Source of the DNA: Candidatus Uhrbacteria bacterium CG10_big_fil_rev_8_21_14_0_10_48_16
GTDB taxonomy: Bacteria > Patescibacteriota > Patescibacteriia > UBA9934 > GWF2-40-263
Length of the DNA stretch: 58,957 bases
Direction of reading: 5' to 3'
NCBI GenBank assembly: GCA_002793515.1
Contig: PFEU01000015.1
Coordinates: forward strand, 1 to 58,957
Part shown: piece after piece, positions 31,596 through 41,254 of the stretch
Numbering within the stretch: the first letter of the stretch is position 1
How the letters are laid out: the number at the start of each line of letters is the position of its first letter
Notes under the pieces: generated by a model
The model's input: only the letters and a program-made list of their open reading frames with translations
What the model was told of the DNA's origin: nothing
Databases searched by the model: none
Position numbers and translations under genes: made by a program

Positions 31596-32674
31596 TGGAG
31601 CAGGATCGCATGTTTTGGATCGCCCTCACGGCGTTTCGCCCCTTTGGTCCCATCCGCCTCGGACGACTCGCGCGACGTTTCCCCTCTATGGAGCGGGCGT
31701 TTACGGCGAGCGCGCTTGAACTAACGGAAGCGGGAATCGAACCGCACATTGTCAATCGATTTCTTCAAGAGCGTATTCATATCGACCCCGAAGCTCTTGC
31801 ACGTGCCTGTGAAATCCAAGGAGTGCACATTGTGACCATCAAAGACGAGATCTATCCTCCACTCCTGAAGGAAATCTTTGACCCACCTGCGCTTCTTTTT
31901 GTTCGTGGAACTCTTCCTGACCCATCTCGTAAACATCTAGCGGTTGTCGGATCACGCAACGCAAGCCCCTATGGCATCCGTGTAACGGAACACTTGATCG
32001 AACCGGTCGCGCGATCTGGGGTCGTTATTGTCAGCGGACTTGCCTACGGGATTGATGCAAGTGCTCATGACGCCACATTGCGAGCCCATGGCACCACGCT
32101 CGCCGTATTAGGATCTGGTGTTGATCAAGAAAGTATCTACCCTTCGCGAAACAGAGCCCTTGCCTCACGCATTCTCGCGTCCGGTGGTGCTCTTATCTCA
32201 GAATTCCCTCTTGGAACTCCCCCACTCAAACAACATTTTCCTATTCGGAACCGCATAATCGCAGGTCTATGCCACGGAACACTCGTCGTCGAAGCCACCA
32301 TAAAATCAGGAACGCTGATTACCGCCCGCAGTGCGATGGACAGCAATCGTGACGTCTATGCCGTGCCTGGGTCGATTGAATCCCCTCTTTCTGAAGGACC
32401 TCATGATCTCATCAAACACGGAGCGACTCCTGTGACAGAAGTAAAGGATTTATTCGGCATCGAACCTGTTCCAGAGGCGATTCCAACCTATCAACCAACA
32501 ACGGAACACGAGTCGCAAATTTATACACGACTTTCCACGTCCCCCATCCATCTTGATGAGCTTATTCGTTCCACACAGTTGCCGACACCGACGGTTATGA
32601 GTACCCTTACTCTCATGGAAATAAAAGGAGTCATCCGAAACGAAGGAGGACAGTTCTACACACGTCTTGCTTGA
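31592..32674 (+). CDS. dprA: DNA-processing protein DprA
   Basis: AVVGSR, IVSGLAYGID, FPIRNRIIAGL and a C-terminal winged helix. Confidence 0.96.
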   Translation: MMEQDRMFWIALTAFRPFGPIRLGRLARRFPSMERAFTASALELTEAGIEPHIVNRFLQERIHIDPEALARACEIQGVHIVTIKDEIYPPLLKEIFDPPALLFVRGTLPDPSRKHLAVVGSRNASPYGIRVTEHLIEPVARSGVVIVSGLAYGIDASAHDATLRAHGTTLAVLGSGVDQESIYPSRNRALASRILASGGALISEFPLGTPPLKQHFPIRNRIIAGLCHGTLVVEATIKSGTLITARSAMDSNRDVYAVPGSIESPLSEGPHDLIKHGATPVTEVKDLFGIEPVPEAIPTYQPTTEHESQIYTRLSTSPIHLDELIRSTQLPTPTVMSTLTLMEIKGVIRNEGGQFYTRLA

Positions 32675-32707
32675 CGAATCGATTCAAATCTCTCGTAATA
32701 TCCAAAC

Positions 32708-35035
32708 ATGTCTAAACTTCTCATTGTCGAGTCACCGACAAAAGCGAAAACCATTTCAAAATATCTTGGAAAGGACTACGTCGTTCTTTCTTCGTTCGGT
32801 CATATTCGTGATCTTCCGAAAAGCCAACTTGGAGTTGATCTTGAGCATGATTTTGCTCCGACCTACACCATTCCAACCAAAAGCAAAAAAGCTGTTGCAG
32901 AACTTAAACGTGCCGCAAAAAATGCTGACACCATCTATCTAGCAACCGACGAAGATCGTGAAGGAGAAGCCATTGCGTGGCATGTCGCAGAAGCGTTACA
33001 GCTGAAACCTGATCAACGCAAGCGCATTACCTTTCATGAAATCACCCGTGAGGCTGTCGAAGAAGCCGTCAAAGAACCTCGAGAGATCGATCTCAACCTC
33101 GTCAATGCCCAGCAAGCGCGACGCATTCTTGATCGACTTGTGGGATACGAACTCTCTCCGTTCCTGTGGCAAAAAATCCGATATGGTCTTTCTGCGGGTC
33201 GCGTGCAGTCCGTAGCCATGCGTCTTATTGTTGAGCGAGAACGAGAACGTCGGGCATTTACCATCGAAGAATACTGGACGATTGACGCAGAGTTTGAAAA
33301 AGAAGAACTGGTGTTCCCCGCAAAACTTATCACGATCAACGGAAAGAAACTTGAGAAACTCGAAATTCCAACACGGGAAGAGGCTGAAAAAATCACGCAA
33401 GCGCTTTCTGGATCTGAGGCACGCGTGGGAAACGTTGAAAAGAAACTTGCAAAGAAGGTTCCCCCAACTCCTTACGCCACTTCCACCCTTCAGATCGATG
33501 CAAACACACGACTTGGATTTAGCGCCAAACAAACGATGCGCCTCGCGCAAGAACTCTATGAAACCGGTCGCATTACCTACATGCGTACCGACTCCATGAA
33601 TTTGGCAGAGAAATTTCTTGAAGAAGCGCAGGCGTATATTCGCGCAACCTTTGGGGAGAAATACGTGGAAGGAGCAAAGCGTTATAAAACGAAAAAGAAA
33701 GGAGCCCAGGAAGCCCATGAAGCGATACGCCCAACCAGTGTGAGTGCAACCCCTGAATCGCTCAAAGGGTCTCTTGAACCAAACGCGTTAAAGCTCTATA
33801 CCCTCATCTGGAACCGGACACTCGCTTCCCAACTTCCCTCTGCCCAATTAAACCGAACACGAGTGGATATCAACGTAAAAGAATATCTCTTCCGCGCGAA
33901 TGGATCTTCGGTGGCGTTTGATGGATTCATGAAAGTCTACCACTCTTCAAAGGAGAAGATTCTCCCAGAACTGACGGAGGGAGAAACCATCAACACAAAA
34001 TCCATTCTTCCAACGCAACACTTTACAGAACCTCCAGCTCGCTACTCTGATGCAAGTCTTGTGAAGGTTCTTGAGGAATACGGCATTGGACGCCCTTCCA
34101 CCTACGCGCCAACCATCGGAACGATCATCGACCGTGGATACGTGGAACGAGACGACAACAAAAAACTTGCTCCCACAGATATTGCCATGATCGTATGCGA
34201 TGTGCTCGTCCAGCACTTCCCACAGATTGTAGACTTTGAGTTCACGGCAACCATGGAAAATACGCTCGACGAGGTGGCAGAGGGAAAAGTTGAATGGATT
34301 CCTATGATGGAAGCCTTCTATGGACCATTTCACAAAAATCTTGAAAGCAAAACCAAAGAAGTTGTTCGAGAAGACATCATGCCTGATCGAGAACTTGGAA
34401 CGGATCCTGAATCAGGACTTCCTGTCATCGTAAAAACGGGGCGGTTCGGAGGTTTCGTTCAGATCGGAGAATACACAAAAGAAGATAAAGAAGCAGGAAA
34501 ACCCAAACCGAAAAGTGCTTCTCTCCTGAAAGACATGCACATGGAATCTGTTACCCTCGCGCAGGCTCTTGATTGCCTCTCCCTCCCGCGAGACGTTGGA
34601 ATGACAGACGATGGGAATAAGATCATCGCAGCCGTTGGGCGTTTTGGTCCGTATCTCAAAGCGGGCGAAGTCACAGCAAGTCTCAAAGAGCCTCATGATC
34701 CTCTCACCATTGATGTGGAGACCGCTCGAATCATCCTGAAAGAATCAGCTGAGTTGAAGAAGAAAATGGCGACACCTATTGCGGAGTTTGGAGACGATCC
34801 TACAACAGGCGGGGCCATCCTTCTCAAGCATGGACGCTTCGGACCCTACCTCACAGACGGAATCACAAATGCCTCTCTTGGAAAGACACGTGACCCTGCA
34901 GAGGTGACGCGTGAAAGTGCGATTGAGATTCTTATCAAGAAGCGAGCGCAAGGAACAAAGAAATTTAGGAAGGCAAAAACGGCCCCCCCGAAAAAGACTC
35001 CCAAACCAAAAACAACCAAACCAAGAAAATCATAA
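32708..35035 (+). CDS. topA: DNA topoisomerase I
   Basis: IVESPTKAK, ATDEDREGE, SAGRVQS, ITYMRTDS, GIGRPSTY and C-terminal GRFGPY repeats. Confidence 0.97.
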   Translation: MSKLLIVESPTKAKTISKYLGKDYVVLSSFGHIRDLPKSQLGVDLEHDFAPTYTIPTKSKKAVAELKRAAKNADTIYLATDEDREGEAIAWHVAEALQLKPDQRKRITFHEITREAVEEAVKEPREIDLNLVNAQQARRILDRLVGYELSPFLWQKIRYGLSAGRVQSVAMRLIVERERERRAFTIEEYWTIDAEFEKEELVFPAKLITINGKKLEKLEIPTREEAEKITQALSGSEARVGNVEKKLAKKVPPTPYATSTLQIDANTRLGFSAKQTMRLAQELYETGRITYMRTDSMNLAEKFLEEAQAYIRATFGEKYVEGAKRYKTKKKGAQEAHEAIRPTSVSATPESLKGSLEPNALKLYTLIWNRTLASQLPSAQLNRTRVDINVKEYLFRANGSSVAFDGFMKVYHSSKEKILPELTEGETINTKSILPTQHFTEPPARYSDASLVKVLEEYGIGRPSTYAPTIGTIIDRGYVERDDNKKLAPTDIAMIVCDVLVQHFPQIVDFEFTATMENTLDEVAEGKVEWIPMMEAFYGPFHKNLESKTKEVVREDIMPDRELGTDPESGLPVIVKTGRFGGFVQIGEYTKEDKEAGKPKPKSASLLKDMHMESVTLAQALDCLSLPRDVGMTDDGNKIIAAVGRFGPYLKAGEVTASLKEPHDPLTIDVETARIILKESAELKKKMATPIAEFGDDPTTGGAILLKHGRFGPYLTDGITNASLGKTRDPAEVTRESAIEILIKKRAQGTKKFRKAKTAPPKKTPKPKTTKPRKS

Positions 35036-35058
35036 AACGGGCCTACGCCCGTTTTATC

Positions 35059-35926
35059 TTATGCCGCGACAGCGACAGGAGTCTCCTCTTTTTTACTTGC
35101 TTCATCTAACTCATCACCAAGGAGGTCTGCCACATCTTTTCCTAGTTTACTCTCCAGCACTTTTTGTCTCTTCTGTTTCTTTTCTGCCGCATCTAGTTTT
35201 GACTCATACTTCTTTTCACTTGCCCGAAGCTCTTTGAGAAGCTTATCCGCAAGCTTCACGCGATCTTCTTTGTTTTTCTTTAAGTGCTCATACAACGATT
35301 TATCAACTCCCATCCATTTTGCTGATTTATCAAGAAGGGACGTGATAAATTTTACCCCTGGAAGTTTCTTGTCAATCATTTTATCCGCAAGCTGATCCAT
35401 CCCTCGAGCAAACCAATCGACAACAGGTAACGACTTCCATCCCACATATAACGCTCCTGCCCCAATGGCCGCCGATTTCAGATTCGCTATTCCAACCGCC
35501 GAAGCCACAGCAACACCAATACTCGCCCCCGCCACTGCCGCCACTGCTTTTGTATTATCTTGATCAAGAATCGATTCGCTTGAAAGACGTTCGAAGAACG
35601 ATCGCTTTTCAGCTGGAAGATTCTCAATGCGAACAACTTCTCCATCAGGAGCTTTTCCAATATCCACAACAGAGACGGGAGTCACAGGACTTCTGTCAGG
35701 ACTTGATCCAAGCGCTCGCGCACGAGCCGATCGCATCCGGAGTCGCCGTATCAGGCGTTCGCACCGCGTGGGGCGGACGAGGTCCTCGATCAGGAGTTGC
35801 TCCATCTCCTCGACGAGGAGCCGATCGATCTCTTTCTCGATCTGGTCCGCCACGTCCGGAATCAGGACTTGGAGGCATCTTCATCGGAGCAAATTTTTTA
35901 CGTGGCGTTGAACCTCCATCAGACAT
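35059..35926 (-). pseudogene. Hypothetical membrane/coiled-coil protein apparently split by a 1-nt frameshift near 35734
   Basis: ATG at 35926 (MSDGG) lies just downstream of TTGACA-17-TATTTT. Removing one base at ~35734 joins it to the 35059 frame, reading ...TPD-RSARARALGSSPDRSP.... The alternative is an intact GTG-started ORF at 35059..35853. Confidence 0.5.
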
Positions 35927-36031
35927 AGAAAAAAGGTTAAGTATTTCTCTAAAAATAGCATAAAATATCCATTTTGTCAATGAGAATCAGGGCTTTACGC
36001 AAGTGATACACCAATGTATCGTAGAGAAAGT

Positions 36032-37531
36032 ATGAACGAGACAATCCGCACATACGACGATCTCGAACGGCTCGTCAAAAAAACATACGCCTCACCGGAC
36101 ATTGAATCTCTCCGACACGCATTTGATTTGGCAGACAAGGCGCATGCAGGTGAAGTGCGTTTGACCGGTCATCCCGTCATCTCACATCCCCTTGCTGTTT
36201 CCTATCGACTCGCAGAAATGGGTCTTCATCTCAATGTCGTCATCGCTGGGCTCCTCCATGACGTAGTAGAAGATTCTGATGTCACGATTGAAGACCTAAA
36301 GAACGCCTTCGGAGAAGATGTTGCGTCTCTTGTAGAGAGTGTCACAAAGCTCAAGCACGGCATCAAATACCGAGGCGCAGAACGCTACGCAGAAAACATG
36401 CGAAAAATGTTCTTGGCAATGGCAAGCGATGTTCGAGTGGTATTCATGAAGTTCGCGGATCGTCTTCACAACCTCGAGACACTTTACGGACAACCAAAAA
36501 ATAAGCAGGAGCGGATCGCACGTGAATCACTCGAAATTTATGCGCCGATTGCTGGACGCTTAGGGATGAGTGAATTTAAAGGAGAGCTTGAAGATGGAGC
36601 ATTCGCCTACCTCCAGCCAAAAGAGTACGAGCGGATGAAAAACATCATGGATATCAAGGTGCGAGAAAAAGGAGCCTACGTCAGTCGCATCATCGATCAA
36701 GTCGAAAAACTTCTCGGAACAACAAGTGCGACCGACTTCCAAGTTCATGGCCGAATCAAACGTCTCTTCAGTCTTTTTAAGAAACTCAGAAAGTACCAAG
36801 GGGACCTCAGTAAGATTTATGATCTTATTGCCATCCGGATCATCGTCAGCGACGTCGAAGAGTGCTACATGGCCCTTGGACTGCTTCACCAAAAATGGCG
36901 TCCTGTACCGGGACGTATTAAAGACTACATCGCCCAGCCAAAACCAAACGGGTATCAATCTCTCCACACAACCGTCTTCACAGAAAATGGAGAGATCATA
37001 GAGTTCCAAATTCGAACGCTTGAAATGCATGAACTCGCTGAGTTCGGAGTTGCCGCTCACTGGCGCTACAAAGAAGGTTCGCGAAAAGCCGTGAAGAATA
37101 CCCGCTGGATGGAGGAGCTCGCGCAAATTCAGAAAGAACTCCAAACAAAAAAAGACTTCATGGAACAACTGGAGGTCATGAAGATTGATGTCTTCAAAGA
37201 TCGTATTTTTGTGTTTACTCCTCAGGGGAACGTTATCGATCTCCCAGAAGGAGCAACTCCCATCGATTTCGCCTATGCCATCCATACGGAAGTCGGAAAT
37301 AAATGTACCGCATCTCGCATCAATGAAGTCATGCGCAACCTCGACACCCCCCTACAATCAGGAGATATCGTCGAAGTGGTAACAGACAAGAATCGTCGTG
37401 GTCCAAACCCAGATTGGCTCAAATTCGCCAAGACACGCCACGCGCGAACGAAGATTAAAGATGCGACCAAGAGAACGGTCAAAGGATGGTTCGCAGAAGT
37501 CCTGAAAGGAAGAGAGAAAGCAAAGAAATAA
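36032..37531 (+). CDS. rel: RelA/SpoT family (p)ppGpp synthetase/hydrolase (HD + SYNTH + TGS, no ACT)
   Basis: LLHDVVED, KFADRLHN, PKPNGYQSLHT, EFQIRT, AAHWRYK and the TGS motif TPIDFAYAIHT. Confidence 0.95.
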   Translation: MNETIRTYDDLERLVKKTYASPDIESLRHAFDLADKAHAGEVRLTGHPVISHPLAVSYRLAEMGLHLNVVIAGLLHDVVEDSDVTIEDLKNAFGEDVASLVESVTKLKHGIKYRGAERYAENMRKMFLAMASDVRVVFMKFADRLHNLETLYGQPKNKQERIARESLEIYAPIAGRLGMSEFKGELEDGAFAYLQPKEYERMKNIMDIKVREKGAYVSRIIDQVEKLLGTTSATDFQVHGRIKRLFSLFKKLRKYQGDLSKIYDLIAIRIIVSDVEECYMALGLLHQKWRPVPGRIKDYIAQPKPNGYQSLHTTVFTENGEIIEFQIRTLEMHELAEFGVAAHWRYKEGSRKAVKNTRWMEELAQIQKELQTKKDFMEQLEVMKIDVFKDRIFVFTPQGNVIDLPEGATPIDFAYAIHTEVGNKCTASRINEVMRNLDTPLQSGDIVEVVTDKNRRGPNPDWLKFAKTRHARTKIKDATKRTVKGWFAEVLKGREKAKK

Positions 37532-37586
37532 TCAGATAAGATACCTATCAACGATGGTTATTCGAAAACAGTTCGTATAAATACGA

Positions 37587-37664
37587 GTTATATGAAATAT
37601 ACTTTTCCTTTTAAGGGCTAAACGCCCTTTCGCTTTTCTATTTTTAGGGCAAATTTGATTTTTC
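37587..37664 (+). repeat. Left arm of the long inverted repeat bounding cassette 1
   Basis: Core 37630-37664 (TCGCTTTTCTATTTTTAGGGCAAATTTGATTTTTC) is the exact reverse complement of 38632-38666. TATACTTTTCCTTTTA also matches the right arm. Confidence 0.9.
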
Positions 37665-37855
37665 TTTTTTATAGAGGGGAATATATGGCGTCCCGCCGTA
37701 TTCTCGGCGGGACGATTTTAATAAAAAAACCATTCATATTCGCTCAAACAATCGCTTGAAAAAATATGAATGGTGGGGAGCGAACAGCGTGTGACTGCTC
37801 GCTCCCCAGTGGTGACCGATCATTTTACGCGGATCGGTCGTACGCGACTCGCGTG

Positions 37856-38446
37856 CTACGAGTAGATGTCATCCGAGGGAGAGAGGAGGTACTTGAGCAG
37901 CAAGTCCCAGCGCTTGATACGCGGACACCTGCCGTCGAGCTCTTCACGCCTCTCCCGAGGTGCATTCCAGTCCTTGACTACCGCGCGCTCCTCGGGAGTG
38001 AGCACGGAACGGTCGAATTGTACCAAGAACCTGCTGTTGCACAAGAGCACCTGCGCGCCCTCAACAGAGAAAGGCGTCGGCCTGCTCTCGGACTCGTTGA
38101 AAGCGTCGAAGCAGGCCGAGGCGGGGTGGGAGTGGTGGTCACTGTCCGTGAGGACCGCGACGTACTTTGCACCCTCCTTCGCCGCGAGAAGCGCGAGGAA
38201 GATGCCGACCGGCATCTCCTTTCCCGCGAACCTCAAGCCCTCATCGGCAAGCGGATATCCGTATGCGGGCATCAGCAGGTCGACGAGGACGACATCGAAG
38301 AATCCTTCAGGGAAGTCCCCTTTACCACGAAGGATCGTTTGTCCCTCGCCGTAGCTGTCGGTGGTTACCAGGCTGTGCTCCCCATCGAGCTGCCTCCGGG
38401 CGGCGTCCTGGTGGATGGGGTTGTCGTCAATGACGAGGATTTTCAT
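37856..38446 (-). CDS. Receiver (REC)-like domain protein (GC3-rich)
   Basis: MKILVIDDN...FDVVLVDLLMP; AAGGAG SD; promoter TTGACA(38535-38530)-17-TATACT. Confidence 0.8.
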   Translation of the reverse strand: MKILVIDDNPIHQDAARRQLDGEHSLVTTDSYGEGQTILRGKGDFPEGFFDVVLVDLLMPAYGYPLADEGLRFAGKEMPVGIFLALLAAKEGAKYVAVLTDSDHHSHPASACFDAFNESESRPTPFSVEGAQVLLCNSRFLVQFDRSVLTPEERAVVKDWNAPRERREELDGRCPRIKRWDLLLKYLLSPSDDIYS

Positions 38447-38631
38447 GACTGTCTCCTTTCTAAAGAGCATGATCTCCCTCAGACCCATTCCGAGTTTGAA
38501 CAAAGCAGTATAGCATGGCTAATAGCTTTTGTCAATCGCTTTGCGCATTATTTCAACTAAAACAAGCCAAAAAGGTGTCTTGGCGGGGCGCAATTCACCC
38601 CTTCATTTCCCCTCTTGCGCCCCGCCAAAAC

Positions 38632-38704
38632 GAAAAATCAAATTTGCCCTAAAAATAGAAAAGCGACCCTAACGGGATAAAAGGAAAAGTATACATCACA
38701 TAAC
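38632..38704 (-). repeat. Right arm of the long inverted repeat bounding cassette 1
   Basis: Reverse complement of 37587-37664, apart from a variable internal mini-hairpin and a few substitutions near the outer end. Confidence 0.9.
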
Positions 38705-38827
38705 ACTGGACATGCGGTTCGGGCTTTCCCCGAAAGCCCTCACCCAAATTGAAAAACTCCGTTCTTTTTGATAAAATTGAATAAGGAAGCGGGTTTTTTC
38801 AACTTCGCATGTCCAGAAACGTTAAAT
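38698..38827 (+). other. attC-like recombination site 1 (130 bp)
   Basis: ACATAAC-A-CTGGACATGCG...CGCATGTCCAG-AAAC-GTTAAAT, an 11-bp perfect inverted repeat with inner hairpins. Confidence 0.75.
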
Positions 38828-39658
38828 GCCATTTGTTGCTGATGGCTCTTCAAGAACATAATCAGCCTTCTCAAATTTTGCCTTGTTTTCTTCCCCTAAC
38901 GACCTAGTTAAGTATTGGACAAAATTGTCAAAAATCTTTTTAGATTCACCGTCCAAGCCCTTATAAACATCTGACTGCTTAATATCACCAAAATTCCAAG
39001 AAAACTTCACGAGTAATTCTGGATTGTCCTTTATAAAGCTAATACAATCTCCCAGTTCAGACTTAGCAGTTCCCAAATCTTGCTGTAAAAGAGGCTTCGC
39101 CACTTTCAAATAATAAATGATAATTTTGTCCTGTTTATCCTCTACTTCTTTTTCCAAATGGCTTATTTTTTCATTAAAACTATTGTAATCAGAAAGCATT
39201 AAATAAACTTCAAGTAAATTGGCCAAGCTTCCAAAATCAGTCGGATCAATAACATAGATTTTTTCATAATACTTTTTGGCCCTAGCCCATGATTTTTGAC
39301 TAATATGCCTAAGCCCCTCCTCTTTAAATTTTTCTAGCCGATTTTCTGCAACTTGTAAAAAAGCAAAGTAGCCAACAAAAATCGCAAAAACCAAAGTTAC
39401 AAAATGACTTAGAATTGAGATATAGCGGTCTATTAAAAACTCTTCAGCGTAATTTAAAACCATAAAATAAGCCAAAACAGAGAAAAGAAAAAAAGGCAGA
39501 ACAAACTTCCAATAACCTTTAACAATCAAAAGCTGTGCAAAAAATCTTAAAAAGAGTTTTTTACCAGGAGCTTTCAATGCAGCCCCAAGAGCTACACCAA
39601 CAGCCAAAACCAATAATAACGCTAACCAATTTTCCGTTAGAAACTCCAACATATTCAA
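38822..39658 (-). CDS. AT-rich membrane protein with TPR-like C-terminal region (cassette 2)
   Basis: Three to four TMs, then helical repeats (WARAKKYYEKIYVIDPTDFGSLANLLEVY). Its stop codon lies within the attC core. Confidence 0.75.
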   Translation of the reverse strand: MNMLEFLTENWLALLLVLAVGVALGAALKAPGKKLFLRFFAQLLIVKGYWKFVLPFFLFSVLAYFMVLNYAEEFLIDRYISILSHFVTLVFAIFVGYFAFLQVAENRLEKFKEEGLRHISQKSWARAKKYYEKIYVIDPTDFGSLANLLEVYLMLSDYNSFNEKISHLEKEVEDKQDKIIIYYLKVAKPLLQQDLGTAKSELGDCISFIKDNPELLVKFSWNFGDIKQSDVYKGLDGESKKIFDNFVQYLTRSLGEENKAKFEKADYVLEEPSATNGI

Positions 39659-39706
39659 GATTATAAATCAACTAATGTATAGCACATAAACGCAGCAAAA
39701 AACAGC

Positions 39707-39830
39707 ACTTAACAAGGTATAAGCGGTTACGTTCAGTCGTTTCACTCCTTCGCTTCACCCATATTTGCGGGTGATCCGCCTTCGGCGTATTATATCACCC
39801 GCAGACATCGCTTATACCTAGACGTTAGCC
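39707..39830 (+). other. attC-like recombination site 2 (124 bp)
   Basis: ACTTAAC-A-AGGTATAAGCG...CGCTTATACCT-AGAC-GTTAGCC, with inner stems TGCGGGTGAT/ATCACCCGCA and CGCC-TTC-GGCG. Confidence 0.78.
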
Positions 39831-39849
39831 AAAATAGTAATAATTTTCC

Positions 39850-40293
39850 ATGCTAGTAAAAAAAGAAATTTTGGAATGCGTAGCTTTTATCCTTTATAAG
39901 GATGACAAGGAACAATTTCATTATGTTGGCACCGCTTTTTTCCTCGGTGAGTATGTTGAAGATATAAATAAGACATTCACTTATATCGTCACAGCAAAGC
40001 ATGTAATCGCCGGCATCAAGACTAAGCAAAATGACGGTAACGTTTATTTACGAATGAATGCAAAAACAGGAAGCACAAAATTAATTTTATTAAATCTTGA
40101 AGATTGGCAATTTCACGAAGACGACCCTTACGCAGATGCAGCCGTATTCTTTGGCCCTCCAGATAACGGTGAAACTGAATATAAATGTTTCCCCTTCAGT
40201 GGGCTTGCCAATGTTACAATTCTTGAGAAAGAAGAAATAGGCATAGGAGATGAGATATGCCTCACGGGGTTATTTATAAATCATTTCCAATAA
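39850..40293 (+). pseudogene. Truncated trypsin-like serine peptidase (cassette 3)
   Basis: GTAFFL, IVTAKHV (His) and DAAVF (Asp) are present, but the ORF stops before any GxSG catalytic-Ser motif. Confidence 0.6.
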
Positions 40294-40387
40294 ACTGCAA
40301 AATCAAAGCAGGGATAACAATAAGGTACACTTGTTTCTGAGCTGAAAACATAGAGTCTAAAGCAAAAATAGGGCCGAAGCCCTGTTT

Positions 40388-41251
40388 TTAAAATCCACTT
40401 AAACGGTCTAGAAGGTCGAGAAGTTCTTCTCGTGAGTAAAAGGCGATCGAGATGGCTCCTTTACCATGAGACTCATTGATCACGACCTTTGTTCCGAGAA
40501 TTTCACGAAGTCGTTTCTCATGTGCAAGAAGGTTTGGGTCTTTGTGTGCGTTTCCTTTTGCCGAGCTCTTTCTTGGCGAGCTGGTCACGCGAGCTTCCGC
40601 TTCACGGACACTCACTCCCCCATTCAACATCTGTTCAAATAAGTCTTCACGGCGTTCTTCATCCGATTCAGCTAAGAGGGTTCGCGCGTGGGACTTTGTG
40701 ATCTTTCCCTCACGCAACGCTTGGAGCATCACTTCAGGAAGATCAAGGAGTCTCAATGTGTTCGCCACGTTTGATCGACTCTTTCCGACACGTTTTCCTA
40801 CCTCCTCTTGGGTCAGGTTAAACTCATCCACAAGAGCCTTATACGCAATCGCCTCTTCAAATGCATTCAGGTCCTGTCGTTGAATGTTCTCGATCAGAGC
40901 CAACTCGAGCTTTAATTGCTCGCTCGCCTCACGCACAATCACCGGAACGGTTTTAAGACCGAGTGTTCGAGATGCACGCAATCGACGTTCTCCTGCAATC
41001 AACTCATAACCCGTTCCAACACGTGTCGCCACAAGTGGCTGTAAAATTCCATGCTCTTTAATGGAAGAGATGAGATCTTCCAGATCTGCTGGAGAAAAAT
41101 GATGTCGAGGCTGACGAGGGTTTTCAACAATCTCATCAACCCCAATATCCAAGATCTGAGTTCGTGCCTCGGGAAGCACCTGTTCAGTCATGGTTTGTTT
41201 TTGTGGAATCAAGGAACCGAGTCCTCTTCCTAATGCGGATTTTGTACTCAT
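40388..41251 (-). CDS. parB: Chromosome partitioning protein ParB
   Basis: LGRGLGSLI, NPRQPR, IAGERRLRA, ENIQRQDLN and an HTH. Confidence 0.96.
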   Translation of the reverse strand: MSTKSALGRGLGSLIPQKQTMTEQVLPEARTQILDIGVDEIVENPRQPRHHFSPADLEDLISSIKEHGILQPLVATRVGTGYELIAGERRLRASRTLGLKTVPVIVREASEQLKLELALIENIQRQDLNAFEEAIAYKALVDEFNLTQEEVGKRVGKSRSNVANTLRLLDLPEVMLQALREGKITKSHARTLLAESDEERREDLFEQMLNGGVSVREAEARVTSSPRKSSAKGNAHKDPNLLAHEKRLREILGTKVVINESHGKGAISIAFYSREELLDLLDRLSGF

Positions 41252-41254
41252 AGG

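Larger units (their letters stand above)
37587..40318 (+). mobile_element. Integron-like gene cassette array without integrase (CALIN-like), three cassettes
   Basis: Two full attC-like sites. Each cassette begins with a GTT core and ends with a near-complementary AAC site (GTTATAT/ACATAAC, GTTAAAT/ACTTAAC, GTTAGCC/GGATAAC). Cassettes 2 and 3 are AT-rich. Confidence 0.7.

Noticed and set aside
37532-37593. attI site or complete attC left of cassette 1
   Set aside because: Only a GTT core and a short TCGTAT-AA-ATACGA palindrome are visible. There is no matching left arm or adjacent integrase, so it is at most a remnant.
37766-38560. 264-aa plus-strand ORF
   Set aside because: Antisense to the REC-domain gene and has no recognisable motifs.
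40333-40352. TGTTT...AAACA palindrome downstream of parB as a parS site
   Set aside because: The spacing and centre do not match the TGTTTCACGTGAAACA consensus.
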